NCBI GenBank assembly: GCA_963667725.2
Contig: CAXXHO010000005.1
Span: 800,001-864,000 of the forward strand
Length of the DNA: 64,000 nucleotides
Direction of reading: 5' to 3'
Origin: Treponemataceae bacterium
Lineage (GTDB): Bacteria; Spirochaetota; Spirochaetia; Treponematales; Rectinemataceae
The notes beneath the pieces were generated by a model. That model saw only the letters and a program-made list of their open reading frames with translations. It had not been told where the DNA came from and ran no database searches. Shown one piece after another: positions 46,258 through 56,415 of the stretch (position 1 is the first letter of the stretch; each line of letters opens with the position of its first letter). The position numbers and the translations under genes were made by a program.

Positions 46258-47645
46258 TGAAAGACACAATAATCGCGGCGATAGGGAAAATAAATTCGGG
46301 CAAGGGGCCGAAGGTGGCCGACTGGCGGCTGATCGGCACGGAAATCTCGCGTGGCGAGAGGTATTTCATCAAGACGGGCACCGAACTGTCCAGGACCGTC
46401 GAGGAAACGCGGTATTCGCTCACGGTCTATGTGGACGCCGAGGTTTCGGGAAAAAAGGTAAGGGGAGACGCCACCGTCACGATCCAGCCCAGCCACGGGG
46501 AAGCGGAAATCGAGGCGAAAATTCTCCAGGCGGTCTTTGCCGCTTCCAAATCGAAAAACGCGTGGTTCGACCTGCCCGGTCCCTCAGCGCCCAAGGTTGT
46601 CCTACCCGCTTCGGGGTTCGACGGGCTGGACGGGCAAAACCGGATGAAATCCGTCCGGGACGCCCTGTACGCCCCCGAGGCTGAAATCGCGGCGGCCGGT
46701 GCGGCGGCGGCCGCCGCGGCAGAACCCAACGCGACGGCCGGGCTTCCCCGCGTCAACGCCCTCGAGATATTCCTTTCCCGCGAGGATAAGGTCTTCTCCA
46801 ACTCCAAAGGCCAGGAATTCCGGACCTCCGCTTGGAGAGGATACTCCGAATTCGTCGTCGAGGCTGATTCCCGAAAGGGGATGGTCGAGCTTTTCGACGA
46901 TATAGAGTTTTCCGATCCAGATGCCGGACGCCTTTCCGAGGCCACGCGATCCAGGCTTGTCCAGGTAAGGGACAGGGCGCTCGCGGCCCCTATGGGAGCC
47001 CTGAAAGATCTCCCCGTCATTCTCTCGGGCAGGGAAGCGGAAGAGGTTTTTGCCTGGTTTTTCGGAAATTCCACGACGAGCGCTATCTTCACCAAATCTT
47101 CGTCTTTCGTTCAGGGAGCCAATGTCCAGCAGGCCGAAGGAAGCGAAAAAGTCGAGGATCCCCTCGACCTATGGGCCGAACCTTTCATCCAGGGACTCCC
47201 GGCCTCTTCTGCCTTCGACGCGGACGGTTTCCCCCTCGAACGCTGCGCCGTCATCGAAGGCGGCTATCTCAAAACCCTTGTCGGCGCCATTCGCTATGCC
47301 GACTGGCTGGGCGTGGAGCGAAAAGGCTCGTTCCCGCTGTTCTCCGTATCGCCGGGTTCCATGAGCATGGCGGACATGCTCGCGAAGCCCCACCTGGCGC
47401 CCGTCATGTTCTCGGACTTCAGGCTCGATTCGGTCACGGGCGACTTCGGCGCCGAAATCAGGCTCGCCTATTGGTTTGACGGAAAAAAGCGCGTTCCAGT
47501 GACCGGCGGATCAATTTCGGGGTCGGTGTCCGAACTTCGATCCACCATGAGACGTTCCTCGGAACGAGCGCTCGCCTCCCGCTCTCTCTGCCCCAAGGCA
47601 TTGCTGCTGAAAGGCGTTTCGATCACGGGAGCGGCTTTTTTATAA
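46254..47645 (+). CDS. PmbA/TldE-like partner subunit
   Basis: ATGA overlap with tldD; FDADG, TGDF and PVTGGSISG; lacks HExxxH. Confidence 0.75.
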   Translation: MMKDTIIAAIGKINSGKGPKVADWRLIGTEISRGERYFIKTGTELSRTVEETRYSLTVYVDAEVSGKKVRGDATVTIQPSHGEAEIEAKILQAVFAASKSKNAWFDLPGPSAPKVVLPASGFDGLDGQNRMKSVRDALYAPEAEIAAAGAAAAAAAEPNATAGLPRVNALEIFLSREDKVFSNSKGQEFRTSAWRGYSEFVVEADSRKGMVELFDDIEFSDPDAGRLSEATRSRLVQVRDRALAAPMGALKDLPVILSGREAEEVFAWFFGNSTTSAIFTKSSSFVQGANVQQAEGSEKVEDPLDLWAEPFIQGLPASSAFDADGFPLERCAVIEGGYLKTLVGAIRYADWLGVERKGSFPLFSVSPGSMSMADMLAKPHLAPVMFSDFRLDSVTGDFGAEIRLAYWFDGKKRVPVTGGSISGSVSELRSTMRRSSERALASRSLCPKALLLKGVSITGAAFL

Positions 47646-47674
47646 AATCTGCGCGTTACTGAACATTTTTCGGA

Positions 47675-48862
<1,188 letters not shown>

Positions 48863-49067
48863 AATACCCTCTTTAGCAAGAATTTTTTACCCGCCCGCAA
48901 TTTGGAGAACTCGGCGGGACCATCCCGAATCGGAAAACTTCCTTCGGAAAGGCTTTAGCGGGAGTTTATTGTTTCAGGCGCAAAGAGTCAACATCGGCGG
49001 CCCATGCCGGCCGCTGGAAATGCCGAAGATATTTCATTGAGGGGTCAAACATTCCGATACTGATACC

Positions 49068-50168
49068 ATGGTCAGGAAGCGCTTCCGCGGCATCGGTTCC
49101 GCGTTCACCTTCATTCTCGTCATTCTCTGCGCGGCGCTCTTTCGCCCCGTTCCCGCCGGCGCCGACGCGGGGGATATCCCCCTGCCGACTCTGACACCCT
49201 CGCGCACGAGGAATTCCATACTCGTCGCGGCCGAGCGCCACCTCGGCACTCCCTATGTTTACGGAGGAGAAAGCGTAGGGGGCGTCGACTGTTCGGGATT
49301 CGTGTTTCTCGTTTTCCGGGAAGCCACGGGCCATTCCATACCGCGAACCGTTATCGAACAGGGCCGCTGGGCGATGATCATACCTAAAAGGGAACTCAAG
49401 CCCGGCGATCTCGTCTTTTTCAGCCTCAGCCCGGGTTCCCCAACCTCCAAAACCAAACTCTTCGCCACGACCGCCGATGGAACGAAGGCCCTCGCGAGCG
49501 CGGCCGATCACGTGGGCATCTACGCCGGAGACGGGATGTTCATGCACGCGGCGAGCGCCGGCGCGAAGACCGGCGTCATAAGGAACTCTCTTTCCGAGCC
49601 TTCGTGGGCAAGACGCTTCCTCTTCGCGGGAAGAATCGTGCCCGCGTCGGCGCTCTCCGGAATGGCCCTCGACTGGGGCGTATCGGCCAGCTTCGACGCC
49701 GAAATTCCCGAAGGCACAAGCCTGGAAGGCCTCGGCTTCCGCGGCGCAGGCCTGAGGGTTGCCGTCACCTATCCCCTGTTCAACAATTTTTCCATCGGCC
49801 TTCAGGGCCGCATCGAATGGGACAGCCTTCTGGATACGGTCAGGCTGCCGCTGGAACTCCTCGTCGGCCAGAACCAGGGCTTCTCGATCTTCGCTGGCCC
49901 AGCCCTCACCCTGGGATCGCCCTCCCTCCCGGCCTCGGAAAACGGCACGGCGCGCGACTATGAAGCGGTCAACGGCTGGCTGGTTTCGGCGGGCATACGC
50001 TGGTCCCCGCAGCTGATCCGCTCTGGGGCTTCCAGCGCGGGACTCTTCGCGGAGCTCCGCTTCAACCGCTACCTGCCTCTGTCCGGCCAGGCCGCCGATC
50101 TGGCGGCCGACCGCCGCGCGACCATAAGCCTGGGCCTTGGTCTTCGTTTCCGCTCCGTAGGGTATTAA
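49068..50168 (+). CDS. NlpC/P60 (C40) peptidase with a C-terminal beta-rich domain
   Basis: Signal peptide; LGTPYVYGG, DCSGFV, PGDLVFF, HVGIY, MHA; about 170 aa of amphipathic strands after it. Confidence 0.85.
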   Translation: MVRKRFRGIGSAFTFILVILCAALFRPVPAGADAGDIPLPTLTPSRTRNSILVAAERHLGTPYVYGGESVGGVDCSGFVFLVFREATGHSIPRTVIEQGRWAMIIPKRELKPGDLVFFSLSPGSPTSKTKLFATTADGTKALASAADHVGIYAGDGMFMHAASAGAKTGVIRNSLSEPSWARRFLFAGRIVPASALSGMALDWGVSASFDAEIPEGTSLEGLGFRGAGLRVAVTYPLFNNFSIGLQGRIEWDSLLDTVRLPLELLVGQNQGFSIFAGPALTLGSPSLPASENGTARDYEAVNGWLVSAGIRWSPQLIRSGASSAGLFAELRFNRYLPLSGQAADLAADRRATISLGLGLRFRSVGY

Positions 50169-50187
50169 AACATTCATGATACTGAAC

Positions 50188-50232
50188 AAAAAAGGCGGTT
50201 ATCGAGAGGATAAGCTCTCGATAACCGCCTTT
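50188..50232. terminator. Bidirectional terminator
   Basis: 18-bp stem AAAGGCGGTTATCGAGAG/CTCTCGATAACCGCCTTT. Confidence 0.8.
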
Positions 50233-50271
50233 CTGGCACGGAACCAGGCTCTATTCAGAGCAGCCTGAGGT

Positions 50272-51111
50272 TTAGGCCATTACCGGCACCTTTTTCTTCT
50301 CGCCCATCACATCCGTCTCGAGAAGCTTGTAGGCATGCGTCGGGCACTTCTGGACGCAGACGCCGCAGGAGGTGCACTTCGAATAATCGGTGACGGGGAT
50401 GCCGTTCACCATCGTTATGCACTTCTCGGGGCAGCTCTTCACGCAGATTTCGCACTTGATGCAGCCCGTCTTGCAGGTCTTCATCACGTTCGCCTTCACC
50501 ACGTTCCTGTTGGAGCAGAGGACGATTGAGCCCTTCTTGCCGCGCGGCACCAGGGCAAAAAGCTTCTGGGGACACTCGGCGACGCACATGCCGCAGCCGG
50601 TGCAATTGTCGTAGTTCACGTGGGGCAGGCCGTCCTCGCCCATCTCGAGCGCGTCGAACTTGCAGACTCTCGTGCAGTCTCCCAAGCCCTGGCAGCCCCA
50701 GGCGCAGGCCTTTACGCTTCCGGTCGAAAGCTTGGCGGCCCGGCAGGTCTTGATGCCGATGTAGTCGCCCTTCGAAACGGCGAGATCCTTCGTCCCCTGG
50801 CAGAGCAGGACGGTGACGACATCCTCAGCCGCCGCGTTGACGCCCATGATCTGGGACACTGCTTCCGCGGTTGAGGCGCCGCCGGCCGAACACTTCGTCG
50901 TCGGCGCGCGGCCGGTGGCCACAGCCTCGGCGTAACCATCGCAGCCCGGGAATCCACAGCCGCCGCAGTTGGCGCCCGGCAGGGCCGCGCGCACCTCGTC
51001 GATCTTCGGGTCCCGTTCCACCTTGAATTTCTGCTGGAAGAAGCCCAAGGCGATGCCCAGCACAAAGGCAAGGATCGCCGCGAAAACAATCGTTATCAGA
51101 ATGACTGTCAT
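50272..51111 (-). CDS. rnfB: Rnf complex subunit B
   Basis: LPGANCGGCGFPGC and several ferredoxin CxxCxxCxxxCP motifs. Confidence 0.93.
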   Translation of the reverse strand: MTVILITIVFAAILAFVLGIALGFFQQKFKVERDPKIDEVRAALPGANCGGCGFPGCDGYAEAVATGRAPTTKCSAGGASTAEAVSQIMGVNAAAEDVVTVLLCQGTKDLAVSKGDYIGIKTCRAAKLSTGSVKACAWGCQGLGDCTRVCKFDALEMGEDGLPHVNYDNCTGCGMCVAECPQKLFALVPRGKKGSIVLCSNRNVVKANVMKTCKTGCIKCEICVKSCPEKCITMVNGIPVTDYSKCTSCGVCVQKCPTHAYKLLETDVMGEKKKVPVMA

Positions 51112-51121
51112 TTTCCTTCCC

Positions 51122-51697
51122 CTATTTGATGAGCCCGGAGAAGCCCATGAAAGCCACGCCCAGGAGACTCGAAGCGATGAAGAGAATAGGCGTTCCCTGG
51201 AGGAACTTAGGTACCGGACTCGTCTTCATCCTGTCGCGTACGCCTGCCAGCAGCACCATGGCGAGCAGATATCCAAGCGATACGCCGATGGCGTACACGA
51301 TGGACTGTATGAAGCTGTAGTGGTTGTCGATGTTCTCGAAGGTCACGGCGAGGATGGCGCAGTTGGTCGTGATCAGCGGAAGGTAGATGCCCATGGCCGC
51401 GTAAAGGCCGGGAATATTCTTCTTCAGGTAGAATTCGACCAGCTGTACAAGGCTCGCGATGACAAGGATGAACACGAGAATCTTGAGGAAGGTGAGGTTG
51501 AGGGGCAAGAGGACAAAATGGTACAGCGGCCATGTCGCGGCGGTAGCAAGCACCGTCACGAACGTTACCGCGAAGCCCATACCCACCGACTGGCCCACAT
51601 CATTCGTCATGCCCACATAGGAACAGAGCGCCAGGAAGCGCATAAGCACGACGTTGTTAACGAGAAGGGCTACGAGGAATATTTTCATCATATCCAT
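51122..51697 (-). CDS. rnfA: Rnf complex subunit A
   Basis: NNVVLMRFLALC, LPLITTNCA. Confidence 0.93.
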   Translation of the reverse strand: MDMMKIFLVALLVNNVVLMRFLALCSYVGMTNDVGQSVGMGFAVTFVTVLATAATWPLYHFVLLPLNLTFLKILVFILVIASLVQLVEFYLKKNIPGLYAAMGIYLPLITTNCAILAVTFENIDNHYSFIQSIVYAIGVSLGYLLAMVLLAGVRDRMKTSPVPKFLQGTPILFIASSLLGVAFMGFSGLIK

Positions 51698-52315
51698 TTA
51701 CGCACGCTCCTTGGCGGAGTTCTGCATCCGCTTCTTGAGCCAGATGTTGAGCGAGATAAAGAGGCCGAACACGAGGAACCCTCCGGGGGGAAGGATGAAG
51801 AAGAGAATCGGCTGATAGGATTGGGGCATCACCTGCATGCCGGCGATTGTCCCGTTTCCGAGAATTTCGCGGAAGGCGGCGATGCCGATCAGAACCCAGG
51901 TATAGCCCAGGCCCATGCCCAGGGAATCGAAAATGGCAGGCAGGACCTTCTGTTTCGAAGCGAATGCTTCGACACGCCCCATGATGATGCAGTTGACGAC
52001 GATGAGGGGAATGAAGACGCCCATGCTCTTGGACAGGGCAGGGAAGTAGGCTTTCATCACGAGGTCGACCATGGTGGTGAAGGCCGCGATAATGATGATG
52101 AATATGGGCATGCGCGCGGATGAGGGAATCGCCTTCCTGAAAAGGGAGATGAAAATCTCGGAGAAGAGGAGGACGAAGGTCATCGCCAGTCCCATGCCTA
52201 TACCGTTCGAGACGTTCGACGTGACAGCGAGGGCGGAACAGAGTCCAATCATGAGCATCAGCAGGGGATTTTCATAGATGATTCCCTGCTTGAAGATTTT
52301 CCAGAGGTTTTTCAT
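51698..52315 (-). CDS. rnfE: Rnf complex subunit E
   Basis: GLCSALAV, IPLIVVNCII, LPPGGF; GGAGG RBS before the ATG at 52315. Confidence 0.93.
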   Translation of the reverse strand: MKNLWKIFKQGIIYENPLLMLMIGLCSALAVTSNVSNGIGMGLAMTFVLLFSEIFISLFRKAIPSSARMPIFIIIIAAFTTMVDLVMKAYFPALSKSMGVFIPLIVVNCIIMGRVEAFASKQKVLPAIFDSLGMGLGYTWVLIGIAAFREILGNGTIAGMQVMPQSYQPILFFILPPGGFLVFGLFISLNIWLKKRMQNSAKERA

Positions 52316-52316
52316 G

Positions 52317-52973
52317 TCATTTACCTCCCGTCGTTTCGGTGGCCAAAGACTGCTGCGCGCCCTGATCGGCTTCCGATCCATCGGTTACCGTCGAATTCTC
52401 GAGCCAGAGCGCGGCCGATTCGGCGGCGCTCTTTATAATGCGGGTCAGGGATTTCGATGTGATGGTCGACGCGGTTATGGCGATGACATCCTTTTTCACC
52501 TCGAAGGCATCGGTGATGAACTTTCCGGCAAACTGGCCCGGGAATGTCACTTTTTCCGCCTTCTTGACGAAATAGCCTTCATTCTTTGCGTTGGCGCCGA
52601 GGCCGGCCGTGTCGTTGAGCTCGAGAACGCGTACGCCGGCTATGCTCCTGTTGAGCCTGACGCCCACAAGAAGGGTCGCCTTGCCGCCATAGCTGGCTCC
52701 CGAGGCTTTTATGGCCACGCCGAGTGGTACTTCGGCGCTTTTTACGAGCATGGCATTCTGAAAGATTATTTCTGAGTCGCTCGACACCACGGAAGAGGAA
52801 ATATCCTCGAATATTTCTCCGTCGGGAAAAACTTCCTTCAGCGAGGCGGTAAGGGCGATCTGATCCTGGGCCTCAATCTGCGGTTTGGTGATGGAATAGA
52901 CCACCGCTAGGCTGGCGCAGGCGCCTACGGCGAAAATGGCCAGAATAAGGCCGAGTTTTACTATGTTCTTCAT
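52317..52973 (-). CDS. rnfG: Rnf complex subunit G
   Basis: N-terminal anchor, DTAGLG, FMN-site region ITASTITS; operon position. Confidence 0.88.
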   Translation of the reverse strand: MKNIVKLGLILAIFAVGACASLAVVYSITKPQIEAQDQIALTASLKEVFPDGEIFEDISSSVVSSDSEIIFQNAMLVKSAEVPLGVAIKASGASYGGKATLLVGVRLNRSIAGVRVLELNDTAGLGANAKNEGYFVKKAEKVTFPGQFAGKFITDAFEVKKDVIAITASTITSKSLTRIIKSAAESAALWLENSTVTDGSEADQGAQQSLATETTGGK

Positions 52974-53980
52974 TTGCCGGCCTCCTTCGTGGGTTTAATG
53001 GGCTTGACGGGAGGCACATAGCCGTATTTCTTGACTCGGATCTTGTTCAGGAAGGGCGTGATGATGTTCATGATGAGGATCGAGTAGGTGACGCCTTCAG
53101 GGAATCCGCCGAACTTCCTTATTATAACGGTGATCAAACCGATTCCGATGCCGAAAAGGGCCTGACCCGCTGGGGTGAGCGGCCGCGTCGAGTAGTCGGT
53201 GGCCATGAAGAAGGCGCCGAATACCACGCCGCCGGTCAGCAGGGCGAACAGGGGATTCATGCCGAAAACCCAGGCGAACACGAAGGTCGAGGCCAGGACT
53301 GATACGGGGACGATCCACTGAACAACGCCAATACCGATCAGGAAGAGTCCGCCAAGAAGGATGAGAAGGATCGAACTCTCGCCAAGGGAACCGGAGCGGT
53401 AGCCCATGAAGAGCTGCCTAAGGAAAGCGCCCGTATCGGAGGCCCCGAAATAGGTGGCCACATCGGCGAGGGAAGCTCCTTGCTTCATCAGGGCGAGCGG
53501 GGTGGCCGCGCTCGTGGCATCGGCCGCGAGGGCCAGGCCGTTGGGCATGGACCAGGTCGTGATGGCCGCGGGAAAGCTCATCAGGAGGAAGGCGCGTCCG
53601 ATCAGCGCGGGGTTGAAGGGGTTGGCGCCGAGACCACCGAAGAATTCCTTGGCCACGACGATCGCGAAAATGGCGCCGAGAGCCGCCATCCAGAGGGGCG
53701 TCTTGGGAGGCAGTATCAGGGCGAGCAGAAGGCCAGTGATGACGGCGGAAAAATCACCGATCGTCGTCGTGGCCTTGATCGCCTTCCTGAAGACGAATTC
53801 CGCGGCTACAGCCGAAATCACGGATACCAGGATCAGCGCGAGCGCCGAGAATCCGTAGAGGTACACACCATAGCCGACGGCGGGAATCAGGGCGATTATG
53901 ACCGAGAGCATGATGCGCGATGTGCTCACCGGCGTGAACGAGTGGGGGCTCGAGGAAAGCAATATGCCTTTAGCGGGCAT
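52970..53980 (-). CDS. rnfD: Rnf complex subunit D
   Basis: FGGLGANPFNPAL, SAATPL, GSLGE, FFMATD. Confidence 0.93.
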   Translation of the reverse strand: MPAKGILLSSSPHSFTPVSTSRIMLSVIIALIPAVGYGVYLYGFSALALILVSVISAVAAEFVFRKAIKATTTIGDFSAVITGLLLALILPPKTPLWMAALGAIFAIVVAKEFFGGLGANPFNPALIGRAFLLMSFPAAITTWSMPNGLALAADATSAATPLALMKQGASLADVATYFGASDTGAFLRQLFMGYRSGSLGESSILLILLGGLFLIGIGVVQWIVPVSVLASTFVFAWVFGMNPLFALLTGGVVFGAFFMATDYSTRPLTPAGQALFGIGIGLITVIIRKFGGFPEGVTYSILIMNIITPFLNKIRVKKYGYVPPVKPIKPTKEAGK

Positions 53981-55352
53981 TCTGGGCCTCCTTTTGTTTC
54001 AATGCGCGCAGCACCTGCTTGCCTACCCTGAAACGCTGCACGAGGTGCCGATGCGCCGGGCATACGAAGGAACAGGTTCCGCATTCGATACAGTCGAGGA
54101 GGCCGATCTTCTCGGCTTCCTTATAGTCTTCGCTTTCTATGGCGACGGCGAGAAGAGCGGGGGACAGCCTGCAGGAGCAAGCCCTCATACACCTGCCGCA
54201 GCGGATGCAGGTCTCCTCGTCGTAATGCTTCGCTTCCTCGGCGTTGAGAAGAAGCACGCCGGAGGTGTTTTTCTGGACGGGAATCTGGTAGTTGGGAACG
54301 GCTACGCCCATCATGGGACCGCCGTAGATGATCATCGCGAGAGCCGCTTCGTCCACCTGGGCAAGCCCCGCGGCGATAATATCAGCGACGGGAGTGCCAA
54401 TCGGCGCGATCACGTTTACGGGTTTCGCGCACGCTCCGCCCGAAATCGTAAGCCCGCGCTCTATGAGAGGCTTGCCCTCTTTGAAGGCGTCCACCATGGC
54501 GCACAGCGATCCGATGTTCTGGACGACGCAGCCGACATCCATAGGCAGTCCGCCGGAGGGCACTTCCTTGCCGGTTATCGCCGCGATGAGCATTTTTTCG
54601 CCGCCCTGTGGATACTTCGTTTTCAGCAGCTGGACGCGGATTTTCATGCCGGCGCGCGTGCGCGGGCTGGAGGCTATCGCCTTTTCGAGGAGGGGAATGG
54701 CGTGCGCCTTGTTTTCCTCCACTGCGATGATGCCTTCGGGAGCACTCACGATTTTCATCGTGATGGCCACGCCTTCGACCACATCCTCGGGACGCTCGAT
54801 CATTGTCCGCTCGTCAATCGTCAGGAAGGGTTCGCACTCGGCTCCGTTCGCTATAACGTAAGATATAGGCTTGGAGGGGGCCAGCTTTACGTGTACGGGA
54901 AAGCCCGCGCCGCCCATGCCTACGATTCCCGCCGCGCGGACGCGAGCCAGGGCCTCTTCCTTCGTGCAACTGAAAACATCGAGGGGCGGCATGAAATCGA
55001 CGAGATCTTCCGGTGCCGGCGCCGCCTGTCCCTCGGCCGGAGGAGGCAGGGCTTCGATGATGATGCAGGGGCCATCGTTGTTGTTGGACTGGGTTCTCGG
55101 TTCGATTTTCTTGACGACGCCGGCAATGGGGGAATGGACGGGAACCGTCATTCTGCCATCGGCATCGGCAATTTTCTGCCCGCGTTTCACAATATCGCCG
55201 ACCTTGACCAAAGCCTGGAGCGGAGCTCCGAAATGCTGGTTAACCGGGACGACGACTTGTTTGACCTCGCGCAGACGTTCGACCGCTAGGCCGCTCGAGC
55301 GGTCTTTTCTCTCGGGTGGGTGTGCTCCACCTTTAAAGGTCTTTACTGTCAT
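53970..55352 (-). CDS. rnfC: Rnf complex subunit C
   Basis: FKGGAHP, GMGGAGFP, NGAECEP, GGPMMG, two 4Fe-4S motifs; AAGGAG RBS. Confidence 0.93.
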   Translation of the reverse strand: MTVKTFKGGAHPPERKDRSSGLAVERLREVKQVVVPVNQHFGAPLQALVKVGDIVKRGQKIADADGRMTVPVHSPIAGVVKKIEPRTQSNNNDGPCIIIEALPPPAEGQAAPAPEDLVDFMPPLDVFSCTKEEALARVRAAGIVGMGGAGFPVHVKLAPSKPISYVIANGAECEPFLTIDERTMIERPEDVVEGVAITMKIVSAPEGIIAVEENKAHAIPLLEKAIASSPRTRAGMKIRVQLLKTKYPQGGEKMLIAAITGKEVPSGGLPMDVGCVVQNIGSLCAMVDAFKEGKPLIERGLTISGGACAKPVNVIAPIGTPVADIIAAGLAQVDEAALAMIIYGGPMMGVAVPNYQIPVQKNTSGVLLLNAEEAKHYDEETCIRCGRCMRACSCRLSPALLAVAIESEDYKEAEKIGLLDCIECGTCSFVCPAHRHLVQRFRVGKQVLRALKQKEAQNAR

Positions 55353-55561
55353 GGCGGAAAAAATCTCCTTTGCAGGTAATATCCGCTTTCGTGCGTGTCC
55401 CGTCGAAAATGAAAAGTGGACACGATGAATGGGTGGGAAATCGCGAAATTCTAACCCAAATAATCCAGAACGGTCAAGCTGGAAAGTATGGAAATGCATC
55501 TATAAGTCTTTATATCATCGATGATAAGCGTCGGGTTTTTCGATATTATATTATCTATAAA

Positions 55562-55601
55562 AAAAGCCGGCTTAATTCCCTTAATGGGTAAGCCGGCTTT
55601 T
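55562..55601. terminator. Intrinsic terminator after jag
   Basis: 13-bp stem AAAAGCCGGCTTA/TAAGCCGGCTTTT. Confidence 0.75.
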
Positions 55602-55635
55602 CAATGGCATCCGGAAAGGATGCGCTTCCGTCTGG

Positions 55636-56373
55636 TTACTTTCTGCCGCGGAACATCACGCGGACCTGCTTGTAAAGGCCTTCGCCTTCGCTTTTCGTCT
55701 CGATGTCAACGATGTCGTTCAACGTCGTGTGAATGATTCGGCGCTCGAAAGGATTCATCGGCTCCAGCAGGATCGAGCGTCCTGTCCTCCTCACCTGTTC
55801 GGCGGATTCATAGGCTATGCGGACGAGGGATTCTTCCCTGCGGATCCTGTAGTTCTCTGAATCCAGGATGACTTTTATGTCTTCCCTGCCGAGCTTTCCG
55901 GCATAGACATTGGCCAGGAGCTGAAGGGCGTCGATATTTTTGCCCTTCTTGCCGATGATCATGGACGTATTTTCCGTCTCGATCTTCAGGCCAACCTTCT
56001 TCTCTTCCCTGAACAGGACCGATACCTTGGCGGGATAGCCCATTTTACCGACCACTTCCGTCGTCCAGGCCACCATCTTCGTCTCGAACTCATCGATCGG
56101 CATCTTTTCCGCGTCGGAGAGCGGAGCGCGTTCGATCGGCGAGGAAGCCGAGGCGGCGGGAGCGGGGGAAACAGCCTTCGGCGCCATGGCCGGATTCTTC
56201 GGCTCGGCTTCGCTGGTATGCACCCTGATCCGCACTTTTCCCTTCTTGAACAGACCGCCGGAGAGGGACTCCAGGATCTCCACATCGAACTCGTCCGTTT
56301 CCAGTCCGAGTTCCGAGGCGGCAAGCTCGATAGCCTCACGCTCCGTCTTGCCTTCAAATTCATATATCATCAC
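55636..56373 (-). CDS. jag: Jag/KhpB/EloR RNA-binding protein
   Basis: Jag N-terminal domain, KH (IIGKKG), R3H (ERRIIH). Confidence 0.92.
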   Translation of the reverse strand: MMIYEFEGKTEREAIELAASELGLETDEFDVEILESLSGGLFKKGKVRIRVHTSEAEPKNPAMAPKAVSPAPAASASSPIERAPLSDAEKMPIDEFETKMVAWTTEVVGKMGYPAKVSVLFREEKKVGLKIETENTSMIIGKKGKNIDALQLLANVYAGKLGREDIKVILDSENYRIRREESLVRIAYESAEQVRRTGRSILLEPMNPFERRIIHTTLNDIVDIETKSEGEGLYKQVRVMFRGRK

Positions 56374-56415
56374 GAATCTCCTAAAGAGAGGGATATTACT
56401 TGCTCGCGGTCAGCC

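Noticed and set aside
53898..55289. 463-aa plus-strand ORF
   Set aside because: Antisense shadow of rnfC
55360..55530. Riboswitch or Rex operator upstream of rnfC
   Set aside because: Only a short hairpin and a TATCATCGATGATA palindrome (55513-55526); no match to a consensus I can name
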